From assembly GCA_022646745.1 (NCBI GenBank), contig CP060262.1:2580001-2612000 (forward strand): a DNA stretch of 32,000 nucleotides, given 5' to 3'. Shown one piece after another: positions 12,857 to 21,758 of this stretch. The notes beneath the pieces were generated by a model. The model was not told the origin of the DNA and ran no database searches. It saw only the letters and a program-made list of their open reading frames with translations. Numbering within the stretch: position 1 is the stretch's first letter; every line of letters starts with the position of its first letter. The translations under genes and the position numbers were made by a program. The stretch is from Planctomycetales bacterium (GTDB taxonomy: Bacteria > 4484-113 > JAFGCY01).

Positions 12857-14292
12857 GCCTTGGCCTCCGCAGCTGCATGTGCGCCATGGCCGGGGTGAGC
12901 CTCAGGCAGGACGCCCTTCACCTCGGCGATTGCCACGATCGGCATGTAGCGGCAGAACAGCAGGAAGAAGAAGAAGAACAGTCCGAAGCTGCCAGCCAGG
13001 GTGCACAGGTCCACCCAGGTCGGCGTGTAGTAATCCCAGCTCGAGGGCAGGAAGTCGCGGCTCAGGGATGAGACGACGATCACGAAGCGCTCGAACCACA
13101 TGCCGATGTTCACAAACACCGACACGATCCACATCACCCAGAGGTTCGTGCGGGCCTTCTTGAACCAGAAGACCTGCGGGATGAACACGTTGCAGGTGAC
13201 CATGATCCAGTACGCCCAGGCGTAGGGGCCGGTGGCGCGGTTCTCGAAGGTGAAGGTCTCGAGCGGGTTGCCGCCGTACCATGCGATGAAGAACTCCATC
13301 GCGTAGGCGTAACCGACGATCATGCCGGTTGCCATGATGATCTTGTTCATGTGGTCGAAGTGCTGCAGCGTGATCAGGTTCTTCAGGCCGAAGAGCTCAC
13401 GTGCCGGCACCGCGAGGAACACCACCATCGCGAATCCGCCGAAGATGGCGCCCGCCACGAAGTAGGGCGGGAAGATCGTGGTGTGCCAACCAGGCAGCTG
13501 GGAGGTGGCGAAGTCGAAGGACACCACTGAGTGCACGGAAAGCACCAGCGGAGTTGCCAGCGCGGCCAGCAGCAGATAGGCCTTTTCATAATGGATCCAC
13601 TGGCGGTTGGAACCTCGCCAGCCCAGAGCGAACAGGCCATAGACGATCTTACGGACCTTGGTCTTGGCACGGTCGCGGAAGGTTGCCAGATCAGGCACCA
13701 TGCCCATGTACCAGAACAACAGGGAGGTCAGCAGGTAGGTCGTGATCGCGAACACGTCCCACAAAAGCGGGCTGCGGAACTGCGGCCAGAGCTGCTGCTG
13801 GTTGGGAATCGGGAAGATCCAGTAGACCACCCAGACACGTCCGACGTGCACCAGCGGGAAGATACCGGCGGCGAACACGGCGAAGATCGTCATCGCCTCG
13901 GCGAAGCGGTTGATGCCTGTCCTCCACTTCTGGCGGAACAGGTAGAGGATCGCTGAGATCAGGGTGCCGGCGTGGCCGATACCGATCCAGAACACGAAGT
14001 TCACGATTGCGAAACCCCAGGCGACCGGAGTGTTGACACCCCAGACACCGACACCGGTTGAGATCAGGTATGCCAGCATGGCGAACAGCAGGCCGAAGAG
14101 CATCACGGCGCCGGCGAAGGCCACATACCAGGCCTTCGGGGCGGAGGGGTGCTCCGCCACGCGCGCAACGATCTCCGTGATGTTGCCAAAGGTCTTGCCC
14201 CCGGTTACGAGGGGCGGCTGGCTGATCTGGTCCCTGGTGTTATCCAGTTCAGTGCTCAGCTGGCTGAGCGGTTTGGTTAAAGTCTTCGCCAT
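12853..14292 (-). CDS. actC: Alternative Complex III quinol-interacting membrane subunit ActC (NrfD/PsrC family)
   Basis: 479-aa protein with about 10 TM helices directly after actB. AGGAA SD upstream of ATG 14292. This is the typical NrfD-like position in the operon. Confidence 0.9.
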   Translation of the reverse strand: MAKTLTKPLSQLSTELDNTRDQISQPPLVTGGKTFGNITEIVARVAEHPSAPKAWYVAFAGAVMLFGLLFAMLAYLISTGVGVWGVNTPVAWGFAIVNFVFWIGIGHAGTLISAILYLFRQKWRTGINRFAEAMTIFAVFAAGIFPLVHVGRVWVVYWIFPIPNQQQLWPQFRSPLLWDVFAITTYLLTSLLFWYMGMVPDLATFRDRAKTKVRKIVYGLFALGWRGSNRQWIHYEKAYLLLAALATPLVLSVHSVVSFDFATSQLPGWHTTIFPPYFVAGAIFGGFAMVVFLAVPARELFGLKNLITLQHFDHMNKIIMATGMIVGYAYAMEFFIAWYGGNPLETFTFENRATGPYAWAYWIMVTCNVFIPQVFWFKKARTNLWVMWIVSVFVNIGMWFERFVIVVSSLSRDFLPSSWDYYTPTWVDLCTLAGSFGLFFFFFLLFCRYMPIVAIAEVKGVLPEAHPGHGAHAAAEAKA

Positions 14293-14300
14293 ATGGATTC

Positions 14301-17300
14301 CTAGTGCTCTGCCTCGTGGGATGTTGCCTGCTCGCCGTGGCCTTCGTCATGGCTCTCACCATGGCCGCCGCCGTGGCCGCCTGCATGCCGCGCCTGGTCC
14401 GCTGCCAGCTCAGGACTGCCATCCGCGAAGTTGCGGACGCGTGCCATGTAGCGGGTGCGGGTGCGGTTGCTCAGCTCGGCAAGGATCTCGTAAGTACGGC
14501 CGTCCGCATGGCGCTTGGAGACTTCGCTCTCTGGCATGCTGAGGTCGCCGAACACAATTGCATCAGTCGGGCAGGTCTGCTGGCAGGCCGTGCGGATCTC
14601 GCCATCCTTAAGGTCGCGGCCCTGGACCTTCGCCTTGATCTTGGCATGCTGGATGCGCTGCACGCAGTAGGTGCACTTCTCCATCACGCCTCGGCTGCGC
14701 ACCGTGACATCGGGGTTCTTCACGAGGCGCTCGGTATCGCTGATGTTCTTCTGGTAGTTGAAGTAGTTGAAGCGGCGGACCTTGTACGGGCAGTTGTTGC
14801 TGCAGTAACGGGTTCCGACGCAACGGTTGTAGACCATGTCATTCAGGCCCTCGTCGCTGTGCACGGTGGCGGCGACGGGGCAGACCTGCTCGCAGGGGGC
14901 ATTCTCGCACTGCTGGCAGGCGACGGGCATGTGCACGGACTGCGGGTTGGCGACGTCTCCGGAGAAGTAGCGGTCAACGCGGATCCAGTGCAGCTCACGG
15001 CCCTCGATCACACGCTGCTTGCCGACGACCGGGATGTTGTTCTCGGCCACGCAGGCCACGATGCAGGCACCACAGCCGGTGCAGGCATTGAGGTCGATCG
15101 ACATGCCCCAGCGGTGACCGGTGTACTGCGGGGACACGAACAGCTGGGTATCCGCCGGCTCATGCACCATATGCTGTGCGAAATCAGGCTGCTCCTTGTA
15201 GTAGCGGAAGTCAGCCTCGCGGATCAAGGTCGGGATACGGCGCTCGCGCTCCTTGGCACCGAGCTCGTCGATCGCATGGTGGTCCTGCACGGAGGCAAGC
15301 ACCATGCTGCGGCCGGCCTTGCTAAGCGCACCGCCCTGCAGGTAGTTCGGGTTTGCATTGTCACGCAGCATGAAGATGTCTGAACCGACACCGTCGGCAA
15401 TGCGGCCGATGCGGTTCTGGCCATAACCCATCGCCAGGCTGACGGAACCCTCCGCCTGCCCGGGCAGGATCACGATCGGCAGCTGCGTCTTGACGTTGCC
15501 GATGGCCACGTTGACGACGTCTCCGTCCTTCACGCCCAGTTCACCGGCATCCTTGAAGCTGACGACCGCGGCGTTGTCCCAGGTGAGCTTGGTCACCGGG
15601 TCCGGTGCCTCCTGCAGCCAGCCATTGTTGGCAAAGCGGCCATCGAGGATGCAGTTGTCAGGGTAGAAGGACAGCTCAAGCCCCTGGGCCGCGGGAAGCT
15701 CGCCCAGCGAGCTGATCGGGCCCATGCCGAGAGAGAAGTTGCCTTCCTCGGTATGGGAGGCCATCCGCACGGCGCTGACACCGTCGTGCAGCACGCGGCG
15801 CCAGTCGGCCTCGGCATCCATGCTGCCACTGAGGGACGTGAAGGTGTCCATCACGATGTCGTGTGCCCGGCGTTCATCACCGGCGCACAGCGCAAGCAGT
15901 TCGATTGCGCTCATGCCATCGTACAGCGGCTCGATCAGCGGCTGCATGATGCTGTAGCTGCCGTCCCAGCTGTAGGCATCGCCCCAGCTCTCGAGGTACT
16001 CGGCGCGGGGGACGACCCAGCCGGCATGGCCGCTGGTGACATTGGCATGGCTGGTCAGGTGCACCACGTTGTCAAGCTGCCCGAGGAGCTCGACAAGGCC
16101 GGAATCAGCCGGGGCGTTGAATACGGGGTCGCCGCCGATGATCAGCAGGTTCCTGACGCCGCCACTGACGGCGCTCTTCAGTTCGCTGAAGGCCAGCGAG
16201 TGGCTGTAGCGTTCCTGCACCGGGTCCTCAACGTAGTTCACCGTGTAGCCGGTGTTCTGCATCGCCTCATTGATCATGGCGGCGAGGATGTGCACGGGGG
16301 CGGGCTGGCGGGCACCGACGGTGACGACGGCCTTGCCCTTGAGGGAGATCAGGTCTGAGGCCAGCAGCTTGATGCCTTCCATCGTCGAGGCATCAAGGCT
16401 GACGGAGCTGAACTGCTGCAGGACTCCGGAGAGGTTCTGAGCGTTCGGCGGAAGCGGATGGCGCTTGTTCACAAATATCTCGGCAGCCAGTGCGGCAAGC
16501 GCTGCACCGATATGGGCACTGCGCAGCGGCCGACGGTGGTCGGCATTAGCGCCGGTCACGCTCATGGCTGACTCGAAGCTGTACAGTCGCAGGGGTGCAC
16601 CACGCTTGAGATCGCGCGCGGCGGCGAACTGCTTGCTGTACATCACGGATGCCGGATGGCTGAACAGGAAGTCATCGTCAAAGCTGGCAACCACGCTGGC
16701 GTTGCTCATGTCCATCACGGGATGACAGGCGCGGCCAAACAGCAGCTGCATCGCCTCACGCTCGTTGTCTCGTGAGACGGGCTCATACTCGAACCACTTG
16801 ATCCGGCTGCCCAGGCGGTTGCGCAGGGCCTGTACGGTGGGGGAGCTGCTGGACTCGGTGAGCACGGCGAAGTCACCGGCGAACACCCGGTTGTTCTCGA
16901 CCCAGTTGACGAACGCACTGCGGTCACGCTGCGTCTCAGCACCGGCGCTGCGGTCCACGTAGGACTTCAGGCGATCGATGTCATAGACGTTCAGCACACT
17001 GGCCTGGTGCAGGGAGCTCGCGCCTCCCAGGCTGGCAGGATGGCGCGGGTTGCCATCGACCTTGATCGGGCGACCGTCATAGCTGGTTGCCAAAAGGCCA
17101 GTGCCGTAGCCGAACAGTTCCATGGTGGTCGCGAACTGCACCGGGGTGCCGGGGGTCAGACCCTCGGGCCGGTTGGCAAACGGGGCGATCTTCTCGCGCG
17201 GCCAGGTGCAGCCCGTGATGCCAATGCCGGCCAGGGCCAGCGAGGCACCCATCACGCGCAGGAAGTCACGGCGGGTAGTGTCGTTGACGGCTTCCGTTGC

Positions 17301-17438
17301 CACCGCGGAGAACTCCCGCTTCATCATCTCCTCGTACTCAGCGGATCCGGCAAATTCATTCAGGCTGCGCCAGTAGGTGCGGCCGCTGCCCTTGATCTGC
17401 TTACGGGAAATGACACTGCTGTTCTTTATCGATGACAT
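14301..17438 (-). CDS. actB: Alternative Complex III subunit ActB (fused molybdopterin-oxidoreductase-like domain + 4-cluster ferredoxin domain)
   Basis: 1045 aa. Twin-arginine signal [23 protein letters not shown]. Large MopB-like domain, then Cys clusters [46 protein letters not shown] and CQQTCPTDA. His-rich C-terminal tail. Confidence 0.94.
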   Translation of the reverse strand: MSSIKNSSVISRKQIKGSGRTYWRSLNEFAGSAEYEEMMKREFSAVATEAVNDTTRRDFLRVMGASLALAGIGITGCTWPREKIAPFANRPEGLTPGTPVQFATTMELFGYGTGLLATSYDGRPIKVDGNPRHPASLGGASSLHQASVLNVYDIDRLKSYVDRSAGAETQRDRSAFVNWVENNRVFAGDFAVLTESSSSPTVQALRNRLGSRIKWFEYEPVSRDNEREAMQLLFGRACHPVMDMSNASVVASFDDDFLFSHPASVMYSKQFAAARDLKRGAPLRLYSFESAMSVTGANADHRRPLRSAHIGAALAALAAEIFVNKRHPLPPNAQNLSGVLQQFSSVSLDASTMEGIKLLASDLISLKGKAVVTVGARQPAPVHILAAMINEAMQNTGYTVNYVEDPVQERYSHSLAFSELKSAVSGGVRNLLIIGGDPVFNAPADSGLVELLGQLDNVVHLTSHANVTSGHAGWVVPRAEYLESWGDAYSWDGSYSIMQPLIEPLYDGMSAIELLALCAGDERRAHDIVMDTFTSLSGSMDAEADWRRVLHDGVSAVRMASHTEEGNFSLGMGPISSLGELPAAQGLELSFYPDNCILDGRFANNGWLQEAPDPVTKLTWDNAAVVSFKDAGELGVKDGDVVNVAIGNVKTQLPIVILPGQAEGSVSLAMGYGQNRIGRIADGVGSDIFMLRDNANPNYLQGGALSKAGRSMVLASVQDHHAIDELGAKERERRIPTLIREADFRYYKEQPDFAQHMVHEPADTQLFVSPQYTGHRWGMSIDLNACTGCGACIVACVAENNIPVVGKQRVIEGRELHWIRVDRYFSGDVANPQSVHMPVACQQCENAPCEQVCPVAATVHSDEGLNDMVYNRCVGTRYCSNNCPYKVRRFNYFNYQKNISDTERLVKNPDVTVRSRGVMEKCTYCVQRIQHAKIKAKVQGRDLKDGEIRTACQQTCPTDAIVFGDLSMPESEVSKRHADGRTYEILAELSNRTRTRYMARVRNFADGSPELAADQARHAGGHGGGHGESHDEGHGEQATSHEAEH

Positions 17439-18103
17439 GTGGAGCAGTTCACCTTGGGATTAACTTGATACTCTTTCGCAAGTTCGCTGCAGGCATCCAT
17501 GATGCCGGACTCGGTCTTGATGCCGAGCACTTCCTCGATCGGACGGAGGTCGGTGACCTTGTCCTTCGGGCGCAGGCGCGGGGTCGGGTTCCGATGGCAT
17601 TCGAGGCACCAGCCCATGTTGAGGGGCTGTGACTGGTAGACGGTCTCCATCTTGTCAACGCGACCGTGGCACTCGACGCAGCCGACACCCTTGTTCACGT
17701 GGATGCTGTGGTCAAAGAAGACGAAGTCCGGCAGGTCATGCACACGGATCCATTCCACAGCCTTGCCAGTGCGGTAGCTTTCGAACAGTGGTTCGAGCTT
17801 CGGACTCTGGTTGTGGATGGTGTTGTGGCAGTTCATACAGGTCTGCGTCGGCGGGATATTCGCCTTAGCGCCGGTCTCGACACCTGTATGGCAGTAGCGG
17901 CAGTCAAGCCCCAGCTCATTTACGTGCAGCTTGTGGCTGTACGGAATGGGCTGCCCGGGCATGTAGCCAACTGCAGTATTACGGGGTGAAGTCGCGTATA
18001 AGGTCAGGGTAACCAGATACAGGAGGCCGCCCGCGAACAGGATCGCGATCAGCCTCGTAACGTCATCCACCCATTTGGGGAATAGTGGTTGCTTACCGTT
18101 CAT
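17426..18103 (-). CDS. actA: Alternative Complex III pentaheme cytochrome c subunit ActA
   Basis: N-terminal TM helix plus five CxxCH motifs (CRYCH, CMNCH, CVECH, CLECH, CSTCH). First gene of the block; overlaps actB by 13 nt. Confidence 0.92.
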   Translation of the reverse strand: MNGKQPLFPKWVDDVTRLIAILFAGGLLYLVTLTLYATSPRNTAVGYMPGQPIPYSHKLHVNELGLDCRYCHTGVETGAKANIPPTQTCMNCHNTIHNQSPKLEPLFESYRTGKAVEWIRVHDLPDFVFFDHSIHVNKGVGCVECHGRVDKMETVYQSQPLNMGWCLECHRNPTPRLRPKDKVTDLRPIEEVLGIKTESGIMDACSELAKEYQVNPKVNCSTCHR

Positions 18104-18290
18104 GTGCGCGTATGGTCGATTACCGGTACTGCGTTCGGGTGAACGAGGTACCGCGAGCTGGCTGTAAATTTACCATACAACCGAAAAATTTGAGAATGTT
18201 TTTACGAGAAATCGATCTCATAATGAGCCTTCATGCACTCTTGACTAATGCATACTTCAACAATTGAGACATATTTGATACCTTTAACCT
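18104..18290. promoter_or_regulatory. AT-rich divergent promoter region for the ACIII/oxidase block (minus) and the GNAT-like gene (plus)
   Basis: The only sizeable AT-rich gap flanking the 13-gene block. One minus-strand candidate is -35 TTCTCA (rc of 18191-18196), an 18-nt spacer, then -10 TAAATT (rc of 18167-18172). No experimental support. Confidence 0.4.
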
Positions 18291-19187
18291 ATGTTGTATG
18301 AAAGTGCGGCACATTCGGAGTGCGTCCGCTCTGTGGAGCCGGATTTCGTGAAATCATTCTCAGTATTGAGAACTGCTCTCAGGTGTGAAAAACAGAAAAC
18401 TGAGGCAAGTTCGCTGCTGAATCAGCCTGAAAATCCGACTGCAATGTTCCTCATGCTTGGTTCAATGGCCTGCATTGTTGGGGCATCTGAAGCATTTGAG
18501 CCGATGTTTGAAGATCTACTGGCGGGCAGGGTGGAAGCGATCGGTGACTGGTCCGCAAGCCACCTCGCGAAGTCCCTTGCATGGCAATTGAGGCACGAAA
18601 AAAAGTGCAGCCTGTTCCTTAATGCCGTGCCTCTGGAAGCCCACGAAGCGGCAATCAGCGCTGGATTCAGGGTTCCGGAAATCGAAGATGGTTCAACACC
18701 CGCATTCCTCTACTGGTTCAAGGGTGAACCGCGCTTTGCTGAACTTGTGCGCCACTCCTGCAGGCTGGGGGAGGGACTGGAGCTGCACGAACTGATGCGC
18801 AGGGGCATCAGTTACGACGAGGAGGGGCATTACACCAAGATGTGCCTGGAGAACGGGCCCAGCTTCGTTTGTGAAGTGGATGGTCAGCCAGTCTGCTGGT
18901 CCTGCACCCACCTGAACGGAACGATGGGGATGATCTACACCCCGGAGGAACATAGGCGCAGGGGCTATGCGAAGAGCCTGGCGGCATTCCAGATCGACCA
19001 CATGCTCAGGACAGAGCAATTCGCCTGCTGCCACGTGATCCAGGGTAATACCGCCAGCGAGGAAATGGTGCTGGGGCTTGGAGCGACCAAGCATGACAGC
19101 CCGATATGCTGGCGGATGGTGCTCTGGCCGGAGGAACAGCTGCCGGCCCTGCCGGAGGCTCCGGAGAAATACGAATTCAGCGAGTAG
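18291..19187 (+). CDS. GNAT-family (FR47-like) N-acetyltransferase, two-domain
   Basis: C-terminal part CWSCTHLNGTMGMIYTPEEHRRRGYAKSLAAFQIDHML...GNTASEEMVLGLGA fits the acetyl-CoA-binding motif A (R-x-x-G-x-A). The start is uncertain: no SD at 18291, and the next in-frame ATG is at 18444. Confidence 0.68.
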   Translation: MLYESAAHSECVRSVEPDFVKSFSVLRTALRCEKQKTEASSLLNQPENPTAMFLMLGSMACIVGASEAFEPMFEDLLAGRVEAIGDWSASHLAKSLAWQLRHEKKCSLFLNAVPLEAHEAAISAGFRVPEIEDGSTPAFLYWFKGEPRFAELVRHSCRLGEGLELHELMRRGISYDEEGHYTKMCLENGPSFVCEVDGQPVCWSCTHLNGTMGMIYTPEEHRRRGYAKSLAAFQIDHMLRTEQFACCHVIQGNTASEEMVLGLGATKHDSPICWRMVLWPEEQLPALPEAPEKYEFSE

Positions 19188-19199
19188 GATCCCGCTGCC

Positions 19200-19583
19200 T
19201 TACCAGAAACCCTCTTCGTCCTTACGCTCAGCGGCTTCCGACGGAGATTCCGGAGCACTTGCCCGGCCACTGATGTAGCCGCTTACCCAGTCCGCATAGC
19301 TCTGGCTGGCATCCTCAACCGGGACTGCGATGATCTCCGGCTCATCGAACGGATGCAGCTCCTTCAACCTGTCACGCAGGGCTGGCCAGGCCTGCTTGGT
19401 GGTCTTGATCAGCACAAGCAGCTCACTGTCCCGGCGGGTGCGCCCGTCCCAGTAGTAGATACTCGTCACTCCCGGGATCATCTGCGCACAGGCGGCCAGC
19501 TTCTCATCAACGAGCTTGCGGCAGATTTCCGTGGCGTCGATGATCTTCGCGAATGTGGTGTGGACTTCAAGCAGCTCTGACAT
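19200..19583 (-). CDS. cutA: Divalent-cation tolerance protein CutA
   Basis: LVDEKLAACAQMIPGVTSIYYWDGRTRRDSELLVLIKTT...HPFDEPEIIAVPV is the CutA1 signature region. Trimmed to ATG 19583 (MSELLEV...). Confidence 0.85.
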   Translation of the reverse strand: MSELLEVHTTFAKIIDATEICRKLVDEKLAACAQMIPGVTSIYYWDGRTRRDSELLVLIKTTKQAWPALRDRLKELHPFDEPEIIAVPVEDASQSYADWVSGYISGRASAPESPSEAAERKDEEGFW

Positions 19584-19623
19584 GCTGCGATTATAAGGCA
19601 GATGCCAATCGTGGTGCGCACCA

Positions 19624-19652
19624 TTCACCGCAGCAGGCCGGCACCGTATAAT
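19624..19652 (+). promoter_or_regulatory. Near-consensus sigma70-type promoter (TTCACC - 17 nt - TATAAT) ending 6 nt before an ATG
   Basis: -35 at 19624-19629 and -10 at 19647-19652. ATG at 19659, with no SD in between. Confidence 0.45.
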
Positions 19653-19658
19653 CAGGCC

Positions 19659-20087
19659 ATGTCCCCGAACAAAGGATGCCTGTCCACCCTGGCAATCCTG
19701 GTCATACTGCTGCTGTTCGGCTGTAGTGGAACCAGTGATTTCACCGACCCGCGCGTGCTGCCCAGCCGCGAAATCAGCGGGCGCTACCGCAGCGACAGCA
19801 TCGTCGGGGCACTGGGCCGGATCCAGCTGGATCTGGCGCGTGTAGAGGAGAGCAGGGTCTACGCCGCGCGGATCATGGGTGAGGACCCGGAGCAGTTCGG
19901 TTCAGCGGACGGTATCGGCACCCTCGCGGATAACCACATGGTGATGCACTTTGACCGCGGCGAGGCCTACGACTACTACTTCGAGGGAACGGTGCTTGGT
20001 GTGGACGGCGCAACCAGCATCAGCGGGGAATTCATCTTCCCGGACCAGAAGGAAAATCTGCAGGTCAGTTTCAGTCTGGTGCAGTAG
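19659..20087 (+). CDS. Small lipoprotein, unknown function
   Basis: MSPNKGCLSTLAILVILLLFGCSG is a signal peptide with a lipobox (LFGC). Trimmed from the track start 19602 to ATG 19659. Confidence 0.65.
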   Translation: MSPNKGCLSTLAILVILLLFGCSGTSDFTDPRVLPSREISGRYRSDSIVGALGRIQLDLARVEESRVYAARIMGEDPEQFGSADGIGTLADNHMVMHFDRGEAYDYYFEGTVLGVDGATSISGEFIFPDQKENLQVSFSLVQ

Positions 20088-20092
20088 TCGAA

Positions 20093-20833
20093 TCAGTCTC
20101 CCGCGGGCTTGTCTGCATCATCCTCTGCAGGCCTGCCGAGTTCGGACGGCCCGGTACCCCCGCCCAGCTTGCCTGCGATCAGGTCGGCCATCGTCAGCCG
20201 GGTAGGTCCTTTCGGCACGCGTGGCTTGCGTTCCTTCTTGGGTTGCAGTTCCTGGCCGCTGGCGAGGTGCTGGGCCCGGCCGATGCTGCCATCCACCAGT
20301 TCACCGGCACAGCGGGCTGCCAGCCTGAGGGCATTGTGCAGGCCCGGCATGTCGGCTTCCGGCGGATCAGCAAGTACGTAATCCGAGATGTCCTCGTCCC
20401 CGGAATCACCGACACCGATCCGGATTCGAACGAATTCATCAGAACCAAGGCACTGGATGATGCTCTTCATACCGTTGTGACCGCCGGCGCTGCCCTTCTC
20501 GCGGATTCGCACCTTGCCCACATCCAGCGCCGTGTCATCATAGGCAACACAAAACGGGGTATCAGGGTACTCGCGGGTCCAAGCGCGGACAGATTCACCG
20601 CTGAGGTTCATGAATGTGGTGGGCTTGATCAGCGCCACCTGCCGGCCGCAGATCTCGCAGAATTCAGCGATGCTGCGATGGCGGCTCTGCCTGCCCGAAG
20701 CATTGTGCTCTTCCGCCAGCAGGTCCAGCAGCCACCAGCCGACGTTATGGCGCGTGCCGGCATAGCGCGGGCCCGGGTTTCCGAGCCCGAACAGCAGGTA
20801 GTCAACTCCCTTCGGCTGCCGCTTGAAGAACAT
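20093..20833 (-). CDS. pth: Peptidyl-tRNA hydrolase with a C-terminal charged extension
   Basis: LLFGLGNPGPRYAGTRHNVGW, FMNLSGESV, DDTALDVGKVRIREKGSAGGHNGMKSI. Trimmed to ATG 20833 (MFFKRQP...). Confidence 0.93.
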   Translation of the reverse strand: MFFKRQPKGVDYLLFGLGNPGPRYAGTRHNVGWWLLDLLAEEHNASGRQSRHRSIAEFCEICGRQVALIKPTTFMNLSGESVRAWTREYPDTPFCVAYDDTALDVGKVRIREKGSAGGHNGMKSIIQCLGSDEFVRIRIGVGDSGDEDISDYVLADPPEADMPGLHNALRLAARCAGELVDGSIGRAQHLASGQELQPKKERKPRVPKGPTRLTMADLIAGKLGGGTGPSELGRPAEDDADKPAGD

Positions 20834-20958
20834 GGCGTGTGGATTATAGAAGGGTGCCGTTCCACGCGCTGCCAAGCGTCAAATTCTCATGAACCGCCAT
20901 TCGTGGGCTTTCGATGACAGGTATCATCTGAACACTACGGAATTACAGGATCATTCAC

Positions 20959-21300
20959 ATGGTCAGTCAGCTATTGCTAGATGATGTATTGGTTGTACAA
21001 CTTGCAGGGGAAATCAACATTAATTCCCTTACTGACACGCGCACCTGTGTGGAACAGCTTGGGATTGAGGATTACCACCGCATAGTCATCGACCTGGAGA
21101 AGGTGAGTTTCTTTGACAGTTCCGGCCTGGGCTACCTGATCGTGCTTATCAAGCAGATCAGGATGAACAAGGGACTCGTCGCACTGAGCAACCCGAACAG
21201 CCTCGTCAAGAAGCTGCTTTCAACGCTCAAGATCGAGCGCTACATCGGCATATATGAAAGCGTCGATGAGGCTATGCAGCTGGGATTGCAGGCCAGTTGA
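20959..21300 (+). CDS. STAS-domain protein (SpoIIAA/RsbV-like anti-sigma-factor antagonist), copy 1
   Basis: 113 aa. IDLEKVSFFDSSGLGYLIVLIK matches the phosphorylatable-Ser loop of SpoIIAA (DSSGLG). AGGA lies 10 nt upstream of the ATG. Confidence 0.85.
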   Translation: MVSQLLLDDVLVVQLAGEININSLTDTRTCVEQLGIEDYHRIVIDLEKVSFFDSSGLGYLIVLIKQIRMNKGLVALSNPNSLVKKLLSTLKIERYIGIYESVDEAMQLGLQAS

Positions 21301-21306
21301 TTTAGC

Positions 21307-21334
21307 TTGGATTTGATTTAAGACAAGGTAAAAT
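21307..21334 (+). promoter_or_regulatory. Candidate promoter for STAS copy 2 (TTGGAT - 16 nt - TAAAAT)
   Basis: -35-like at 21307-21312 and -10-like at 21329-21334, in the AT-rich 101-nt gap between the STAS genes. Confidence 0.3.
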
Positions 21335-21401
21335 CAGCTTGTCCGTGGGGCATTTATTGGATAATATGGAGGCTCAGTCAATTAAGAGGCGGCAACACTG
21401 A

Positions 21402-21758
21402 ATGGTTAGTTACTACATGTCAGAGGGTATCTTCGTACTTCAGCTCGCGGGGGAGATCAACATCAACTCGCTCACCGATACCCGCAATAAGGTCGAATCC
21501 TACAAGATAGACCAGTATGACAAGATCATCATCGACCTCGAGAAAGTGAGCTTCTTTGACAGTTCAGGACTGGGCTACCTGGTTGTGTTGATCAAGCAGG
21601 TCAAGAACAACAAGGGTGCGATTGTGTTCTGTGCACCCAACAACCTCGTCAAGCGACTACTGTCCACGATCCGCATCGACAAGTACGTGAACATCTATGA
21701 GTCCTGCGATGAAGCGATGGCCTACATGAAGGAGCTTGACATCCCGGCAGCTATCTAG
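21402..21758 (+). CDS. STAS-domain protein (SpoIIAA/RsbV-like), copy 2
   Basis: 118 aa, collinear with copy 1 from the first residues (MVS...LQLAGEININSLTDTR...IDLEKVSFFDSSGLGYLVVLIKQ). Confidence 0.85.
   Translation: MVSYYMSEGIFVLQLAGEININSLTDTRNKVESYKIDQYDKIIIDLEKVSFFDSSGLGYLVVLIKQVKNNKGAIVFCAPNNLVKRLLSTIRIDKYVNIYESCDEAMAYMKELDIPAAI

Noticed and set aside
14301-17438. Possible selenocysteine or recoding event in the molybdopterin-like ActB
   Set aside because: The reading frame is uninterrupted from ATG to stop, with no in-frame TGA. ACIII ActB is not known to need one.
20422-20431. tRNA T-loop-like GGTTCGAATCC-type string (rc of ggattcgaac)
   Set aside because: It lies inside the pth reading frame (encodes ...RIRIG...). 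No acceptor, D or anticodon arms can be built around it.
20835-20869. Imperfect hairpin GCGTGTGGA-N17-TCCACGCGC just upstream of pth
   Set aside because: The stem is only 9 bp with one mismatch (a G-U wobble in RNA) and a large loop. It overlaps the putative -10, and I cannot distinguish it from chance.
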